NCBI GenBank assembly: GCA_964623415.1
Contig: CAZUUH010000002.1
Coordinates: 1 to 43,426 of the forward strand
Direction of reading: 5' to 3'
DNA length: 43,426 bases
Origin: an uncultured Candidatus Saccharibacteria bacterium
GTDB taxonomy: Bacteria > Patescibacteriota > Minisyncoccia > Phycocordibacterales > UBA9973
The position numbers and the translations under genes were made by a program. This document shows, one piece after another, positions 29,308 to 38,657 of this stretch (position 1 is its first letter; every line of letters begins with the position of its first letter). The notes beneath the pieces are model-generated. The model saw nothing but the letters and a program-made list of their open reading frames with translations. It searched no databases and was not told the origin of the DNA.

Positions 29308-30599
29308 TATATTACACTTTTTATGTATTCTAATAACTTATCTATTTTAACTGTTTCTTGAGAGCGATTATTCATATTTCTGAATATAACAGAATCTTCT
29401 AATGCTTCTTTTTGACCGAAGATTATAGCATATTCCATTCCAATTTTTTCAGCTATTGCTAATTGAGTGCTTAGATTATCTTTTGAAATAGATTGAGCAA
29501 TTGGAATTTTACCTTTTCTTAAAACCTCAATAATATTTAAAGATTTTAATTTAGCTTCAAAGCCTAATTGTATAAAGTATACTTTTGGTTTTTTGATTAT
29601 TCTTGGTGTTAATTTTGAAAACCAAGGAGCTTCAATTATTCTATCTACTCCAATAGATATTCCGACAGCTGAGATGTCTTTTTTACTACCAAGTTGTTTA
29701 CCAAGATAATCATATCTTCCACCTCCTGCAATTGCTATTCTTTTACCAGTTTCTTCGTCTTCTTCAATTATTTCAACTACTGTTCTTGTATAATAAGAAA
29801 GACCCCTTACAAGACATTTATTAATATTATAAGCTATTTTAGCTTCCTCTAAGTATTCTAAAACTTCTTTAAAGTGTTTTTTACAAGCAGGGCATAGATG
29901 AGAGATACTTTCAGGGGCTTTTTGGTTTAATTCTATTGTTTTTTCTTCTTTTGAATCTAAAATTCTTAATGGATTAGTTTTTAGTCTTTCTCTGTCTACT
30001 GCTGGTAATAAATTTATATTTTTCTTATAAAAGGATACTAATTCTTTAATATAAGAAGATCGGCATTCTTTATCTCCAATAGAATTTATATCTACCGAAA
30101 GATTTGTTGCTCCAGCTTCACAGAGTATTGTCATTGCTGTTTTTATTACAAGAGCATCTAAGATACTTTTTTCACTTCCTAGTATATCCATATCGAATTG
30201 GTAGAATTGTCTGTATCTTCCTTTTTGAGGATTGTCATGTCTAAATACTGGTCCGTAACTGTAAAGCATTATTGGTTGAGGCAAGGATTGCATTCCATTT
30301 TCAATATAACTTCTCATGGTTCCAGCTGTATGTTCTGGTCTTAACGCAAGGTGATCACCACCCTTTGTTTTTAATGTATACATTTCTTTGTCTATGATAT
30401 CAGTACCTTCTCCTATAGATGAAGTAAAAACATTTTCGTGTTCTACTATCGGTGTTTCTATTGGTTTGAATCCATAATAAATAGCAACTTCTTGAGCTTT
30501 TTCGAAGAAACCTTGAAAATTATAATAGTTAGTATCTAAAATATCACGCATTCCTTTTACGGAATTGATTGGTTCTTTGTTTGTTCTTTTTTTATCCAT
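29307..30599 (-). CDS. hisS: Histidyl-tRNA synthetase
   Basis: Contains GMRDIL, LALRPEHTAGTMR, YSYGPVFRHDNPQKGRYRQFYQFDMDILG and AGGGRYD. Confidence 0.92.
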   Translation of the reverse strand: MDKKRTNKEPINSVKGMRDILDTNYYNFQGFFEKAQEVAIYYGFKPIETPIVEHENVFTSSIGEGTDIIDKEMYTLKTKGGDHLALRPEHTAGTMRSYIENGMQSLPQPIMLYSYGPVFRHDNPQKGRYRQFYQFDMDILGSEKSILDALVIKTAMTILCEAGATNLSVDINSIGDKECRSSYIKELVSFYKKNINLLPAVDRERLKTNPLRILDSKEEKTIELNQKAPESISHLCPACKKHFKEVLEYLEEAKIAYNINKCLVRGLSYYTRTVVEIIEEDEETGKRIAIAGGGRYDYLGKQLGSKKDISAVGISIGVDRIIEAPWFSKLTPRIIKKPKVYFIQLGFEAKLKSLNIIEVLRKGKIPIAQSISKDNLSTQLAIAEKIGMEYAIIFGQKEALEDSVIFRNMNNRSQETVKIDKLLEYIKSVI

Positions 30600-30603
30600 A
30601 ATT

Positions 30604-31218
30604 TTATTTAGCTTCTTTATAATAACCTGGTAAATATGACATTCGATTGATAGGAAATAATCTTAAATATGCCCTTCCAATTATTAGTTTGTCTGTCAAT
30701 TTGGTTGTAAGCGGTTTAGCCCAAACTCTTGAATCAGAACTTTTATTTCTATTATCTCCCATAACAAAATATTCATCTTCTTTTGTTATATAGTCAACTG
30801 TTGAGTCAAATTCTTCTTTGATATAAGGTTCAAGTAATTTAAAACCATTAGGATTATCTCTATTTATAATTGTCACTTCTCTACCATTAATACTTATTTC
30901 TTCATTGGGTAAACCTATTATTCTTTTTATAAAAAATCTTTTGGTATCTCCTGGGTACCGGAAAATTATCACATCACCCCTTTCTGGTTTATTAAATCTA
31001 TAAGATAGCTCGTCTATTATTAAGTATTCTCCGTTATAAAAAGTAGGGAACATGGACTCGCCACTAACTATAAATGGCTGAGCGATGAATATTCTTATAG
31101 GGATAACGATCATGAGTGCTATTATTGCGTATTTAACTAAGTCCCAAGTATTCCTTAAAAGATCTTTAATTTTTTTATTAGAAGAATTCGTTTGTTTATT
31201 TTCTTTATTTGTATCCAT
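30604..31218 (-). CDS. lepB: Signal peptidase I
   Basis: Contains SGESMFPTF, GDVIIF, FIKRIIGLPNE and VMGDNRNKSSDSR, with an N-terminal TM. Confidence 0.9.
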   Translation of the reverse strand: MDTNKENKQTNSSNKKIKDLLRNTWDLVKYAIIALMIVIPIRIFIAQPFIVSGESMFPTFYNGEYLIIDELSYRFNKPERGDVIIFRYPGDTKRFFIKRIIGLPNEEISINGREVTIINRDNPNGFKLLEPYIKEEFDSTVDYITKEDEYFVMGDNRNKSSDSRVWAKPLTTKLTDKLIIGRAYLRLFPINRMSYLPGYYKEAK

Positions 31219-31322
31219 ATTAAGAATTATTTTATCACATAACCAATATTGACAGCGTTAGTAAATATGTTTTTTAATGTTTTTATAGTATATTTATATT
31301 TTTTTATAAAAATATTTCGTTA

Positions 31323-31331
31323 TGTTATAAT
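31323..31331 (+). promoter_or_regulatory. Extended -10 box TGTTATAAT, 6 nt upstream of the pth ATG
   Basis: Read directly. The ATG at 31338 falls at the expected TSS distance. Confidence 0.45.
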
Positions 31332-31337
31332 AAAAGA

Positions 31338-31922
31338 ATGTTAATAGTTGGGCTTGGAAATCCTGGTGAAGAGTATAAAAATTCTCGCCACAATACAGGA
31401 AGAATAATTTTAGAAAATATTGCTAAAGGTAATAATTTTTCTGAATTTAAAGATAATATCAAATTGAAATCTCTTTCTTCAAAAGGAGAAATAAATGGAG
31501 AGAAATTTGATTTCTTACTACCAGAAACTTTTATGAATAATTCTGGAAATGCTGTTTGTCAGATTATTAATGATAAAAAGAAATTAAAGAATTTAGTTGT
31601 TGTTTATGATGATATGGATTTACCGATAGGTAGCTTAAAAATTTCTTTCAATCGTTCATCTGGTGGGCATAATGGACTTGAATCGATAATTAAAAGAGTA
31701 AAATCACAAGAATTTGTACGTATTCGTATTGGAGTTTCTCCACACACACCAACTGGTAAAATTAAAAAGCCAAAAGGAGAGGAAGCAATTCTTAAATTTT
31801 TACTTGGTAAATATAAAGAAGATGAACTTAATGAAATAAAGAAGATTTCAAAAAAAGTAGCAGAAATAATAGAAATGATTTCGTCTGAAGGAAAAGATAA
31901 AGCAATGAGTATCTATAATTAA
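31338..31922 (+). CDS. pth: Peptidyl-tRNA hydrolase
   Basis: Contains MLIVGLGNPGEEYKNSRHNTG, TFMNNSGNAV, VVYDDMDLPIGSLK and GGHNGL. Confidence 0.92.
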   Translation: MLIVGLGNPGEEYKNSRHNTGRIILENIAKGNNFSEFKDNIKLKSLSSKGEINGEKFDFLLPETFMNNSGNAVCQIINDKKKLKNLVVVYDDMDLPIGSLKISFNRSSGGHNGLESIIKRVKSQEFVRIRIGVSPHTPTGKIKKPKGEEAILKFLLGKYKEDELNEIKKISKKVAEIIEMISSEGKDKAMSIYN

Positions 31923-31944
31923 AACCCCTTTATAAAGGGGTTTT
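31921..31944. terminator. Bidirectional terminator between pth and rpsA
   Basis: A perfect 24-nt palindrome, AAAACCCCTTTATAAAGGGGTTTT, with a GC core and A/T runs on both sides. Confidence 0.65.
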
Positions 31945-31961
31945 AATTTAACTTATTTATT

Positions 31962-33080
31962 CTATTTCTTTTCTCCATCTAAGTGAATCAAAGTCATACG
32001 TTGTTCTTTTGGTTCAAATAGTGTTACTTGGAAGTTATATGTTTTACCAAGCTCTAATGCTTTCTTTAATTTTTCTTCAGAGCCAAAACCTGAATTATGC
32101 ACGAGCCCAGCAACACCCTGCTTAATAGAAACCAAAGCTCCATGTTTGTTGAATTTGATTACAACACCAGAAACAATATCTCCTTTCTTTAATGTATCTT
32201 CAAATTCATTCCATGGATTTTCTTTTAATGCTTTTATTGAGAGGGAAATTTTACCATCTTTAATTTCAATTATTTTAGCTTTCACATTTTCTCCAACTTT
32301 AAACATTGTCCTTGGATCTTCTACTAAGCCCCAATCAATTTCTGATATATGGACTAATCCTTCAAGACCTTCTTCAAGTTTTAAAAAGATACCAAAATCT
32401 ACAATTCCAGCAACTGCGCATTCTATCTCATCTCCAATATTGTATTTACTTACTATTTCTTTTCTTTCTTCTGGGTTATTATCTTTTTCAGAGAATATAA
32501 GTTTTCCTTCTTTTGGTAATGCTGAGATCATAACAACACTGATTCTTTTACCGATGAGAAGCTTAAGTGCTTTAAGTATTTTATCTTTATCTGAATCCTC
32601 AACTCTTGGGTAATGTTCACTCTTAAGCTGACTTGCTGGTAAGAAGCCTGCAATTCCTTGCCAATCTAAAATTAATCCACCTTTGTTCGCTTCTTTGACA
32701 GTAAGTTCAAGAGGAATTTTAGATTTAATTGCTTTTTCTGCTTCACTCCAAATTAGAGCTTGTTTTGCTTCTTTTAAGGAAAGTTCAATATAACCATCTT
32801 CATTTACAGTACTAACTATTTTTGCTTTTACAACGTCTCCGATATTAATCTTTTTTATAATATCTTTTGCGTTTATAAATTCTCTTCCATATATTATACC
32901 TGTTCCGAATGGAGTTAAGTCAATATAGACTGATGATTTTTGAACTGATATAACTGGTCCTTCAATAAGTGTTTCCACTTGAGGAGGATTCTCTGATTTC
33001 TCAAGCATTTTACCAATACTTGAAAGTTCTATTTTTGCATTTTCTGCAATATTTTCTATTATTTCTTTTTCGTCTTTCAT
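31962..33080 (-). CDS. rpsA: 30S ribosomal protein S1 (four S1 domains)
   Basis: Repeated S1 OB-fold blocks: GDVVKAKIVS..GYIELSLK; GIAGFLPASQL; GDEIECAVAGIVDFGIFLKL..GLEGLVHISE; GDIVSGVVIKFNKHGALVSI..GVAGLVH. Confidence 0.88.
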   Translation of the reverse strand: MKDEKEIIENIAENAKIELSSIGKMLEKSENPPQVETLIEGPVISVQKSSVYIDLTPFGTGIIYGREFINAKDIIKKINIGDVVKAKIVSTVNEDGYIELSLKEAKQALIWSEAEKAIKSKIPLELTVKEANKGGLILDWQGIAGFLPASQLKSEHYPRVEDSDKDKILKALKLLIGKRISVVMISALPKEGKLIFSEKDNNPEERKEIVSKYNIGDEIECAVAGIVDFGIFLKLEEGLEGLVHISEIDWGLVEDPRTMFKVGENVKAKIIEIKDGKISLSIKALKENPWNEFEDTLKKGDIVSGVVIKFNKHGALVSIKQGVAGLVHNSGFGSEEKLKKALELGKTYNFQVTLFEPKEQRMTLIHLDGEKK

Positions 33081-33091
33081 AAAATTGTACT

Positions 33092-33111
33092 AAAAAAACC
33101 GCACTTTGCGG
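33092..33111 (-). terminator. Terminator-like hairpin plus U7 inside the rpsA leader
   Basis: The minus strand reads CCGCA-aag-TGCGG followed by TTTTTTT, ending about 12 nt before the rpsA ATG. It is a GC island in an AT-rich spacer. Confidence 0.45.
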
Positions 33112-33184
33112 CACGATTTGGATTTCTTTATCTATAAAAAAATAAATAAAAGGGTTAATTCCAATTCGGTCTTATAACTTAGTT

Positions 33185-33213
33185 ATTATAATATATAATT
33201 ATCATTTTTGCAA
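33185..33213 (-). promoter_or_regulatory. Candidate rpsA promoter (TTGCAA-17 nt-TATAAT)
   Basis: On the minus strand, -35 TTGCAA at 33208-33213, a 17-nt spacer and -10 TATAAT at 33185-33190. This predicts a TSS near 33178 and a leader of about 98 nt. Confidence 0.5.
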
Positions 33214-33337
33214 TACTTACATCTTTTTATCTAAAAGTATTTATTTTGTGATTATTTTTTCAATTCTAATAAATAAAAACAAAAGAATAAACAAACAATT
33301 TTTTACTATGGATATCTTTCAAAAAATGCATATTTAT

Positions 33338-33345
33338 GATATAAT
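33338..33345 (+). promoter_or_regulatory. -10 box (GATATAAT) 8 nt upstream of the ATG at 33354
   Basis: TATAAT at 33340-33345, preceded by TGA. Confidence 0.4.
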
Positions 33346-33353
33346 ATACTTAT

Positions 33354-33971
33354 ATGGTTATAACATTTTTAGGAAAACAATTTTTTAAGATTTCACAAGG
33401 GGATTTAGTTTTAGCTTTTAACCCTATAAGTAAGGATTCTAAGTCTATTTCTGTACCTTCTCGTTTTGGTTCAAATCTTGCACTGTCTACAATAAATCAT
33501 CCAGACTATAATGGTTTTGAAACAGTTTCTTATGGAGAGTCTTTTCCTTTTGCAATTAGCGGACCAGGAGATTATGAAATTCGTGATATTTTTATTAAGG
33601 GTATTTTAAGTAACACTGAAATTGACGGTAAAAAATATATAAATACAATTTACAAATTATCTATTGAAGGTATTTCTGTTTGTTTTTTAGGTGTTGTGAC
33701 TGATGAAAAACTTATTGGTGTTACTAGAGATCAAATAAGTTCTCCGGATATTTTATTTGTTCCTGTTAATCATTTAGAACCAGCCAAGGCTTATAAGCTT
33801 GCTGTTGCTCTTGAACCTAAAATTATTATACCAATGGATTATGATGAAAAGAGTTTGAAAATGTTTATTAAAGAAGCTGGTATTGAAAAAATAAATGAAT
33901 TAGATAAATTAACAATTAAATCTAAGGAATTAATTGGTCGAGAGGGAGAAGTTATAGTATTAGCATCATAA
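33354..33971 (+). CDS. MBL-fold (UPF0173-like) protein with degenerate metal-binding motif
   Basis: The N-terminus ITFLGKQFFKISQGDLVLAFNP, then PGDYEI and IIIPMDYD, resemble small MBL-fold hydrolases. The position of the HxHxDH motif reads STINHPDYNG. Confidence 0.5.
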   Translation: MVITFLGKQFFKISQGDLVLAFNPISKDSKSISVPSRFGSNLALSTINHPDYNGFETVSYGESFPFAISGPGDYEIRDIFIKGILSNTEIDGKKYINTIYKLSIEGISVCFLGVVTDEKLIGVTRDQISSPDILFVPVNHLEPAKAYKLAVALEPKIIIPMDYDEKSLKMFIKEAGIEKINELDKLTIKSKELIGREGEVIVLAS

Positions 33972-33986
33972 TTTTTAAAAATAATT

Positions 33987-34340
33987 ATGTTTAAATATAT
34001 AAATAAAATGAAAGAAAAACCTGAGATTATTCGTAAACAATTTCTTTCGTTGGTTCTCGTTTTTTGTATGTTTATTGTAGGTGGTATTTGGGTTTTAGGT
34101 GTAACACATAAGGTTTCTTATAAAAAAGCTCAAGTAGAAATTACTGAATCAGATAAACAAATAAAACCATTAACCTTATTAATTGAATCTGCTAAAAATG
34201 CATATAATAATATTTCTGCTAGTGTTGCGGATGCTCCATCTTTATCTAAAATAAAAAAAGAAGTTGAATTATTAGACGAAACAAAAGTTGGGGGAAATAA
34301 AGTTGTTGACCTTATACCTGTAGAATATATTGAAGAATAA
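33987..34340 (+). CDS. Hypothetical membrane-anchored protein
   Basis: 117-aa ORF with one TM ([21 protein letters not shown]). I recognise no family. Confidence 0.45.
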   Translation: MFKYINKMKEKPEIIRKQFLSLVLVFCMFIVGGIWVLGVTHKVSYKKAQVEITESDKQIKPLTLLIESAKNAYNNISASVADAPSLSKIKKEVELLDETKVGGNKVVDLIPVEYIEE

Positions 34341-34344
34341 AAAT

Positions 34345-36795
34345 ATGCCTAAAAAAGAAGAAGAAATAAAAAATAAAAATGTGGGTTTTATAGACGCTGA
34401 AATATCAAAAGAAATGAAAGAATGCTTCATTGACTACGCAATGTCGGTTATTACTGATCGTGCTCTTCCCGATGTTCGTGATGGATTGAAGCCAGTTCAT
34501 AGACGTATTTTATATGCTATGCATGAAATGGGTTTAACACACCAGGGTCGTTTTAGGAAAAGTGCAGCAGTAGTCGGAGATGTTCTTGGTAAATATCATC
34601 CACATGGAGATGTTGCAGTTTATGATTCTATGGTAAATATGGCTCAAAATTTTTCATATAGATATCCTCTTATACATGGTCAAGGTAACTTTGGTTCAAT
34701 CGATGGCGATGGTGCTGCTGCGATGCGTTATACGGAAGCTAAAATGTCGAAGATTTCATCTTTACTTTTACTAGATTTAGAAAAAGAAACTGTTAACTTT
34801 GTTTCTAACTATGATCAAACACGTAAAGAGCCAGTTGTATTACCAACTGGAGTTCCTAGTCTTTTATTAAACGGAACTCTTGGTATTGCTGTCGGTATGG
34901 CTACAAATATACCCCCACACAATCTTGGAGAAGTTGTCGATGCAACAATTCATTTGATTGATAATAAAGATGCAACCGCTGAAGATTTAATGCAATTTAT
35001 TAAGGGTCCAGATTTTCCTGTTGGAGGTATTGTTTATGGTTATTCTGATTTATTACACGCTTATTCTACTGGGAGAGGTGGAGTTGTAACTCGAGGTGAA
35101 GCTGAAATTGTTGAACAAAAAAGTGGTACATTCCAAATTATTATTACTTCTATCCCTTATCGTGTTAACAAAGCGACTTTGATAGAATCTATCGCTTCTC
35201 TTATTCAAGACAAAAAACTTGAAGGCATCAAGGGTTTGAGAGATGAATCTACTAAAGATATTCGTGTCGTGATAGATCTTAAGAATGGAGTTATTCCTCA
35301 AAAAGTTTTAAATTATCTTTATAAACACACCCAATTGGAACAATCTTTTAATTTCAATATTGTTGCTTTGGTTGATGGTGTGCCTCAGACATTATCTTTA
35401 AAAAGTTTGCTTAATGAGTTTATAGATCATAGGGGTGAAATTGTTAGACGTAGAACTGAATACGATTTAAGAAAAGCAAAAGATAGAGAGCATATACTTC
35501 TTGGTTTAAAGAAAGCATTAGATCATATTGATCGTGTTATTAGTGTAATTCGTGCGTCTAAAGATACTTCTGTCGCTAAATTAAATTTAATAAAAGAATT
35601 TAAGTTTTCTGAATTACAAGCAATTGCTATTTTGGAAATGAAATTGCAAAAATTAGCTGGTCTTGAAAGAAAGAATGTTGAGTTAGAATTAGCTGAAAAG
35701 CAGGCACTAATTAAACAATTGGAAGATTTGCTTTCTAATCCTAAAAAAATGATGAAAGTTATTTCTGATGAGCTTAAAGAAATAAAATCTAAATATTCAG
35801 ATGATAGAAAAACCAAAGTTATTAAAGGTGGGGTGAAGGCAATAAATGAAGAAGATTTAATCCCAGAAAAAGAATCAGTTTTGGTTTTTACTAAGGGTGG
35901 TTATGTTAAAAGAACTGATCCTTCTGAATACAGAGCACAGAGGCGTGGGGGAGTAGGTGTTATTGATATTGAAACAAAAGATGAAGACTTCGTCACAATG
36001 CTTATTACCGCAAATACTCACAGTGATTTACTTTTCTTTACTAATCTTGGAAAGGCTTATCAGATAAAGATGTATGATATTCCAGAAGGTAAAAGAGCTA
36101 CAAAAGGTAAGTCAATTATGAATTTCATTTCTTTAGATGGAGAAGAAAAAGTTACTTCAATTTTACCGATAGATAAAGAAACAAAAAAGGCTGTTGAAAA
36201 TTTAATGATGGTCACAAAGAAAGGTGTTGCTAAAAAGGTTGAAGCTGAAAGTTTCAAAGACGTAAGAAGAAGTGGTCTCATTGCTATCAAATTAGATAAA
36301 GATGATGAGTTGCAATCAGTTTTACCGATCTCTAAAGGAGACGATATTATGCTTGCCACATCAAACGGACAATCTATTAGATTTAAAGAAACAGATATTA
36401 GAGTAATGGGCCGAGGAGCTTCTGGAGTAAGAGCAATGAAGCTTGGGAAAGATGATTTTATTGTAGGTGTTGATCGTATTCAAAAAGGAGATGATTCTCT
36501 GTCTATTTTAACATTAGGATCTAATGGTCTTGGTAAAAAAACTAACATTAAAGAGTACAAGGTTCAGAAGCGTGGTGGTTCTGGTATTAAAACAGCAAAG
36601 ATAACAGCTAAAACAGGTAAATTAATTGTTGCAAAAATTGTTGCTGATGAAAATGAAATTATTGCTGTGTCTCAAAAAGGTCAGGTTATAAGGGTTAGTT
36701 TGGATTCTTTGCCAACTTCCGGAAGACAAACACAGGGTGTTACCGTAATGAAATTGCGTCCAGGTGATGGTATTGCTTCTATTACGTTTCTATAG
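34345..36795 (+). CDS. gyrA: DNA gyrase subunit A
   Basis: Contains [42 protein letters not shown] and C-terminal beta-pinwheel repeats. I chose the ATG at 34345 rather than the TTG at 34330. Confidence 0.94.
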   Translation: MPKKEEEIKNKNVGFIDAEISKEMKECFIDYAMSVITDRALPDVRDGLKPVHRRILYAMHEMGLTHQGRFRKSAAVVGDVLGKYHPHGDVAVYDSMVNMAQNFSYRYPLIHGQGNFGSIDGDGAAAMRYTEAKMSKISSLLLLDLEKETVNFVSNYDQTRKEPVVLPTGVPSLLLNGTLGIAVGMATNIPPHNLGEVVDATIHLIDNKDATAEDLMQFIKGPDFPVGGIVYGYSDLLHAYSTGRGGVVTRGEAEIVEQKSGTFQIIITSIPYRVNKATLIESIASLIQDKKLEGIKGLRDESTKDIRVVIDLKNGVIPQKVLNYLYKHTQLEQSFNFNIVALVDGVPQTLSLKSLLNEFIDHRGEIVRRRTEYDLRKAKDREHILLGLKKALDHIDRVISVIRASKDTSVAKLNLIKEFKFSELQAIAILEMKLQKLAGLERKNVELELAEKQALIKQLEDLLSNPKKMMKVISDELKEIKSKYSDDRKTKVIKGGVKAINEEDLIPEKESVLVFTKGGYVKRTDPSEYRAQRRGGVGVIDIETKDEDFVTMLITANTHSDLLFFTNLGKAYQIKMYDIPEGKRATKGKSIMNFISLDGEEKVTSILPIDKETKKAVENLMMVTKKGVAKKVEAESFKDVRRSGLIAIKLDKDDELQSVLPISKGDDIMLATSNGQSIRFKETDIRVMGRGASGVRAMKLGKDDFIVGVDRIQKGDDSLSILTLGSNGLGKKTNIKEYKVQKRGGSGIKTAKITAKTGKLIVAKIVADENEIIAVSQKGQVIRVSLDSLPTSGRQTQGVTVMKLRPGDGIASITFL

Positions 36796-36813
36796 AATTT
36801 TTATTTAAAATTA

Positions 36814-36822
36814 TGGTATAAT
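36814..36822 (+). promoter_or_regulatory. Extended -10 box TGGTATAAT upstream of the methyltransferase/pilin-like operon
   Basis: TGGTATAAT ends 10 nt before the ATG at 36833. Confidence 0.45.
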
Positions 36823-36832
36823 GTAAATATAT

Positions 36833-37351
36833 ATGTTTAATAATCCAGAACAAAATATTCTACATTTGGGCTTAAAAGAGGGTATGATTGTAGCTGACTT
36901 TGGAGCTGGCTCTGGTTTTTATGCTAGAGCTTGTAGTGATAGAGTTGGTGTAAGTGGTAGAGTTTATGCTATTGAAGTTCAAAAGGAATTAGTTAAAAAA
37001 CTAGAGAATGATTTAAAAAATTGGGGTATTCCAAATATTGATTGTATTTGGGGTGATATAGAAAAAATCGGGGGAACTAAAATTGGTAGTGGTTCCGTTG
37101 ATGCAGTTATTCTATCTAATGTTTTGTTTCAGACAGAAGATAAACTTGGTGTAATTGATGAGTCTAAGAGGGTTCTTAAAAGAAGAGGTAAGGTTTTAGT
37201 TATTGATCGTAATGAAGCTTCTGGTTTGGGAAGTGGTTATTTTATTGGAGAAAATGATTTAAAGTCTTTGTTTGAAAAAAGAGGTTTTAAATTTACAGAA
37301 AAAATAGCAACAAACGGAAGTCATTATGGTATAATTTTTACATATGAATAA
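36833..37351 (+). CDS. Class I SAM-dependent methyltransferase
   Basis: Motif I is MIVADFGAGSGFYA. Post-I and motif II-like blocks (VYAIEV, DAVILSNVL) are present. 172 aa. Confidence 0.75.
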   Translation: MFNNPEQNILHLGLKEGMIVADFGAGSGFYARACSDRVGVSGRVYAIEVQKELVKKLENDLKNWGIPNIDCIWGDIEKIGGTKIGSGSVDAVILSNVLFQTEDKLGVIDESKRVLKRRGKVLVIDRNEASGLGSGYFIGENDLKSLFEKRGFKFTEKIATNGSHYGIIFTYE

Positions 37352-38654
37352 TTTCCAAACAATTTTAGTTGGTATATTTCTAGCATTCTTTGTTTTTGGA
37401 GTTTTAGTTTTTTCTGGAGCTATTGATTTAGATTTTAATAAAGATAAAGAAGAGGCTCAAGGTTCCATTACAATTTGGGGCCTTTTCCCTAGTTCTTCAA
37501 TGTCTGGAGCAACTGAAAAGATAATATCAGAAAATAAAAATTTAAGAATTAAATATGTACAAAAAGATGCATTATCTTATCAAGAAGATCTAGTTGATGC
37601 ATTTGCTAAGAATGAAGCACCTGATTTATTTTTTATTACTCCCGATATGGTAATGGAAAATAGTAGTTTTATTTACAAAGTATCTTATGAATTTTTTCCC
37701 AAAAAAGATTTTAATAGTTTGTACATAGATGGATCTAGTGTTTACTTGGATAACAATGGAGTATGGGCATACCCGGTTTTAGTTGATCCAATGGTTATGT
37801 ATTACAATAAGGATATGTTATTAAACAATAACATTGTGTATCCTCCAGTAACTTGGGATGAATTATTTGGTTTAAATTCCTCTTTAACAAAAAGTAATAA
37901 TTTAGGTGTTATTTCTGAAAGTATGATTGCTTTAGGTCAGTATAAGAATGTTAATAACGCTAAAGATATTCTTGCAACTCTTCTTATTCAAAATGGTAAT
38001 AATATCATAGATTATAAAGATAATTCTTATTCGTCACTTCTTTCAAGTAATTTAGAAAATTTAAATATTACTCCAGCAGAATCTGTTATAGCTTTCTTTA
38101 ATGAATTCTCAAATCAATCAAAAATGGCCTATTCTTGGAATAGTTCTATGCCTAATTCTTTAGATAGTTTTACTTCTAGTAAATTAGCTTTTTATTTAGG
38201 TAAAGCAAGTGAATTATTTAATATTAGTTCGATTAATCCTAATTTAAGTTTTGACGTTGAGAGAATTCCCCAAATAAAAGATTCTGGAGTTAAAAGTACT
38301 GTTGGTGATATTTATGCTATTGCAACTAACAAGAGGTCTTCAAATATATCATCTGCTCTTAGGGTTGCAACTATTTTGTCTTCAAACAAGGATGTTGTTA
38401 AGGATATTTCAATTCGTTTATCGTTACCACCAACATTACGTTCTATATTAAACGATAAACCTAAGGATAACCCATACCTGCAAACATTTTTTGAATCAGC
38501 ATTGATTACTAAAAGTTGGAGAGATCCCAATAAAATCAAATCTAATAATATATTTAAAGAAATGATAGAAAATGTTTTGTCGAATAATTTACCAATTAAA
38601 GAATCGATAAATAGAGCTGAGAGTCAATTAAATCAGCTTTTAAAAAATTCTTAA
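37344..38654 (+). CDS. Membrane-anchored extracellular solute-binding-protein-like protein (SBP family 1 fold), orphan
   Basis: An N-terminal TM, then ITIWGLF, APDLFFITPD and PVLVDPMVMYYNKDML...YPPVTWDELF, which are typical of sugar-type ABC substrate-binding proteins. It overlaps the methyltransferase gene by 8 nt. No permease or ATPase gene is nearby. Confidence 0.65.
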   Translation: MNNFQTILVGIFLAFFVFGVLVFSGAIDLDFNKDKEEAQGSITIWGLFPSSSMSGATEKIISENKNLRIKYVQKDALSYQEDLVDAFAKNEAPDLFFITPDMVMENSSFIYKVSYEFFPKKDFNSLYIDGSSVYLDNNGVWAYPVLVDPMVMYYNKDMLLNNNIVYPPVTWDELFGLNSSLTKSNNLGVISESMIALGQYKNVNNAKDILATLLIQNGNNIIDYKDNSYSSLLSSNLENLNITPAESVIAFFNEFSNQSKMAYSWNSSMPNSLDSFTSSKLAFYLGKASELFNISSINPNLSFDVERIPQIKDSGVKSTVGDIYAIATNKRSSNISSALRVATILSSNKDVVKDISIRLSLPPTLRSILNDKPKDNPYLQTFFESALITKSWRDPNKIKSNNIFKEMIENVLSNNLPIKESINRAESQLNQLLKNS

Positions 38655-38657
38655 AAT

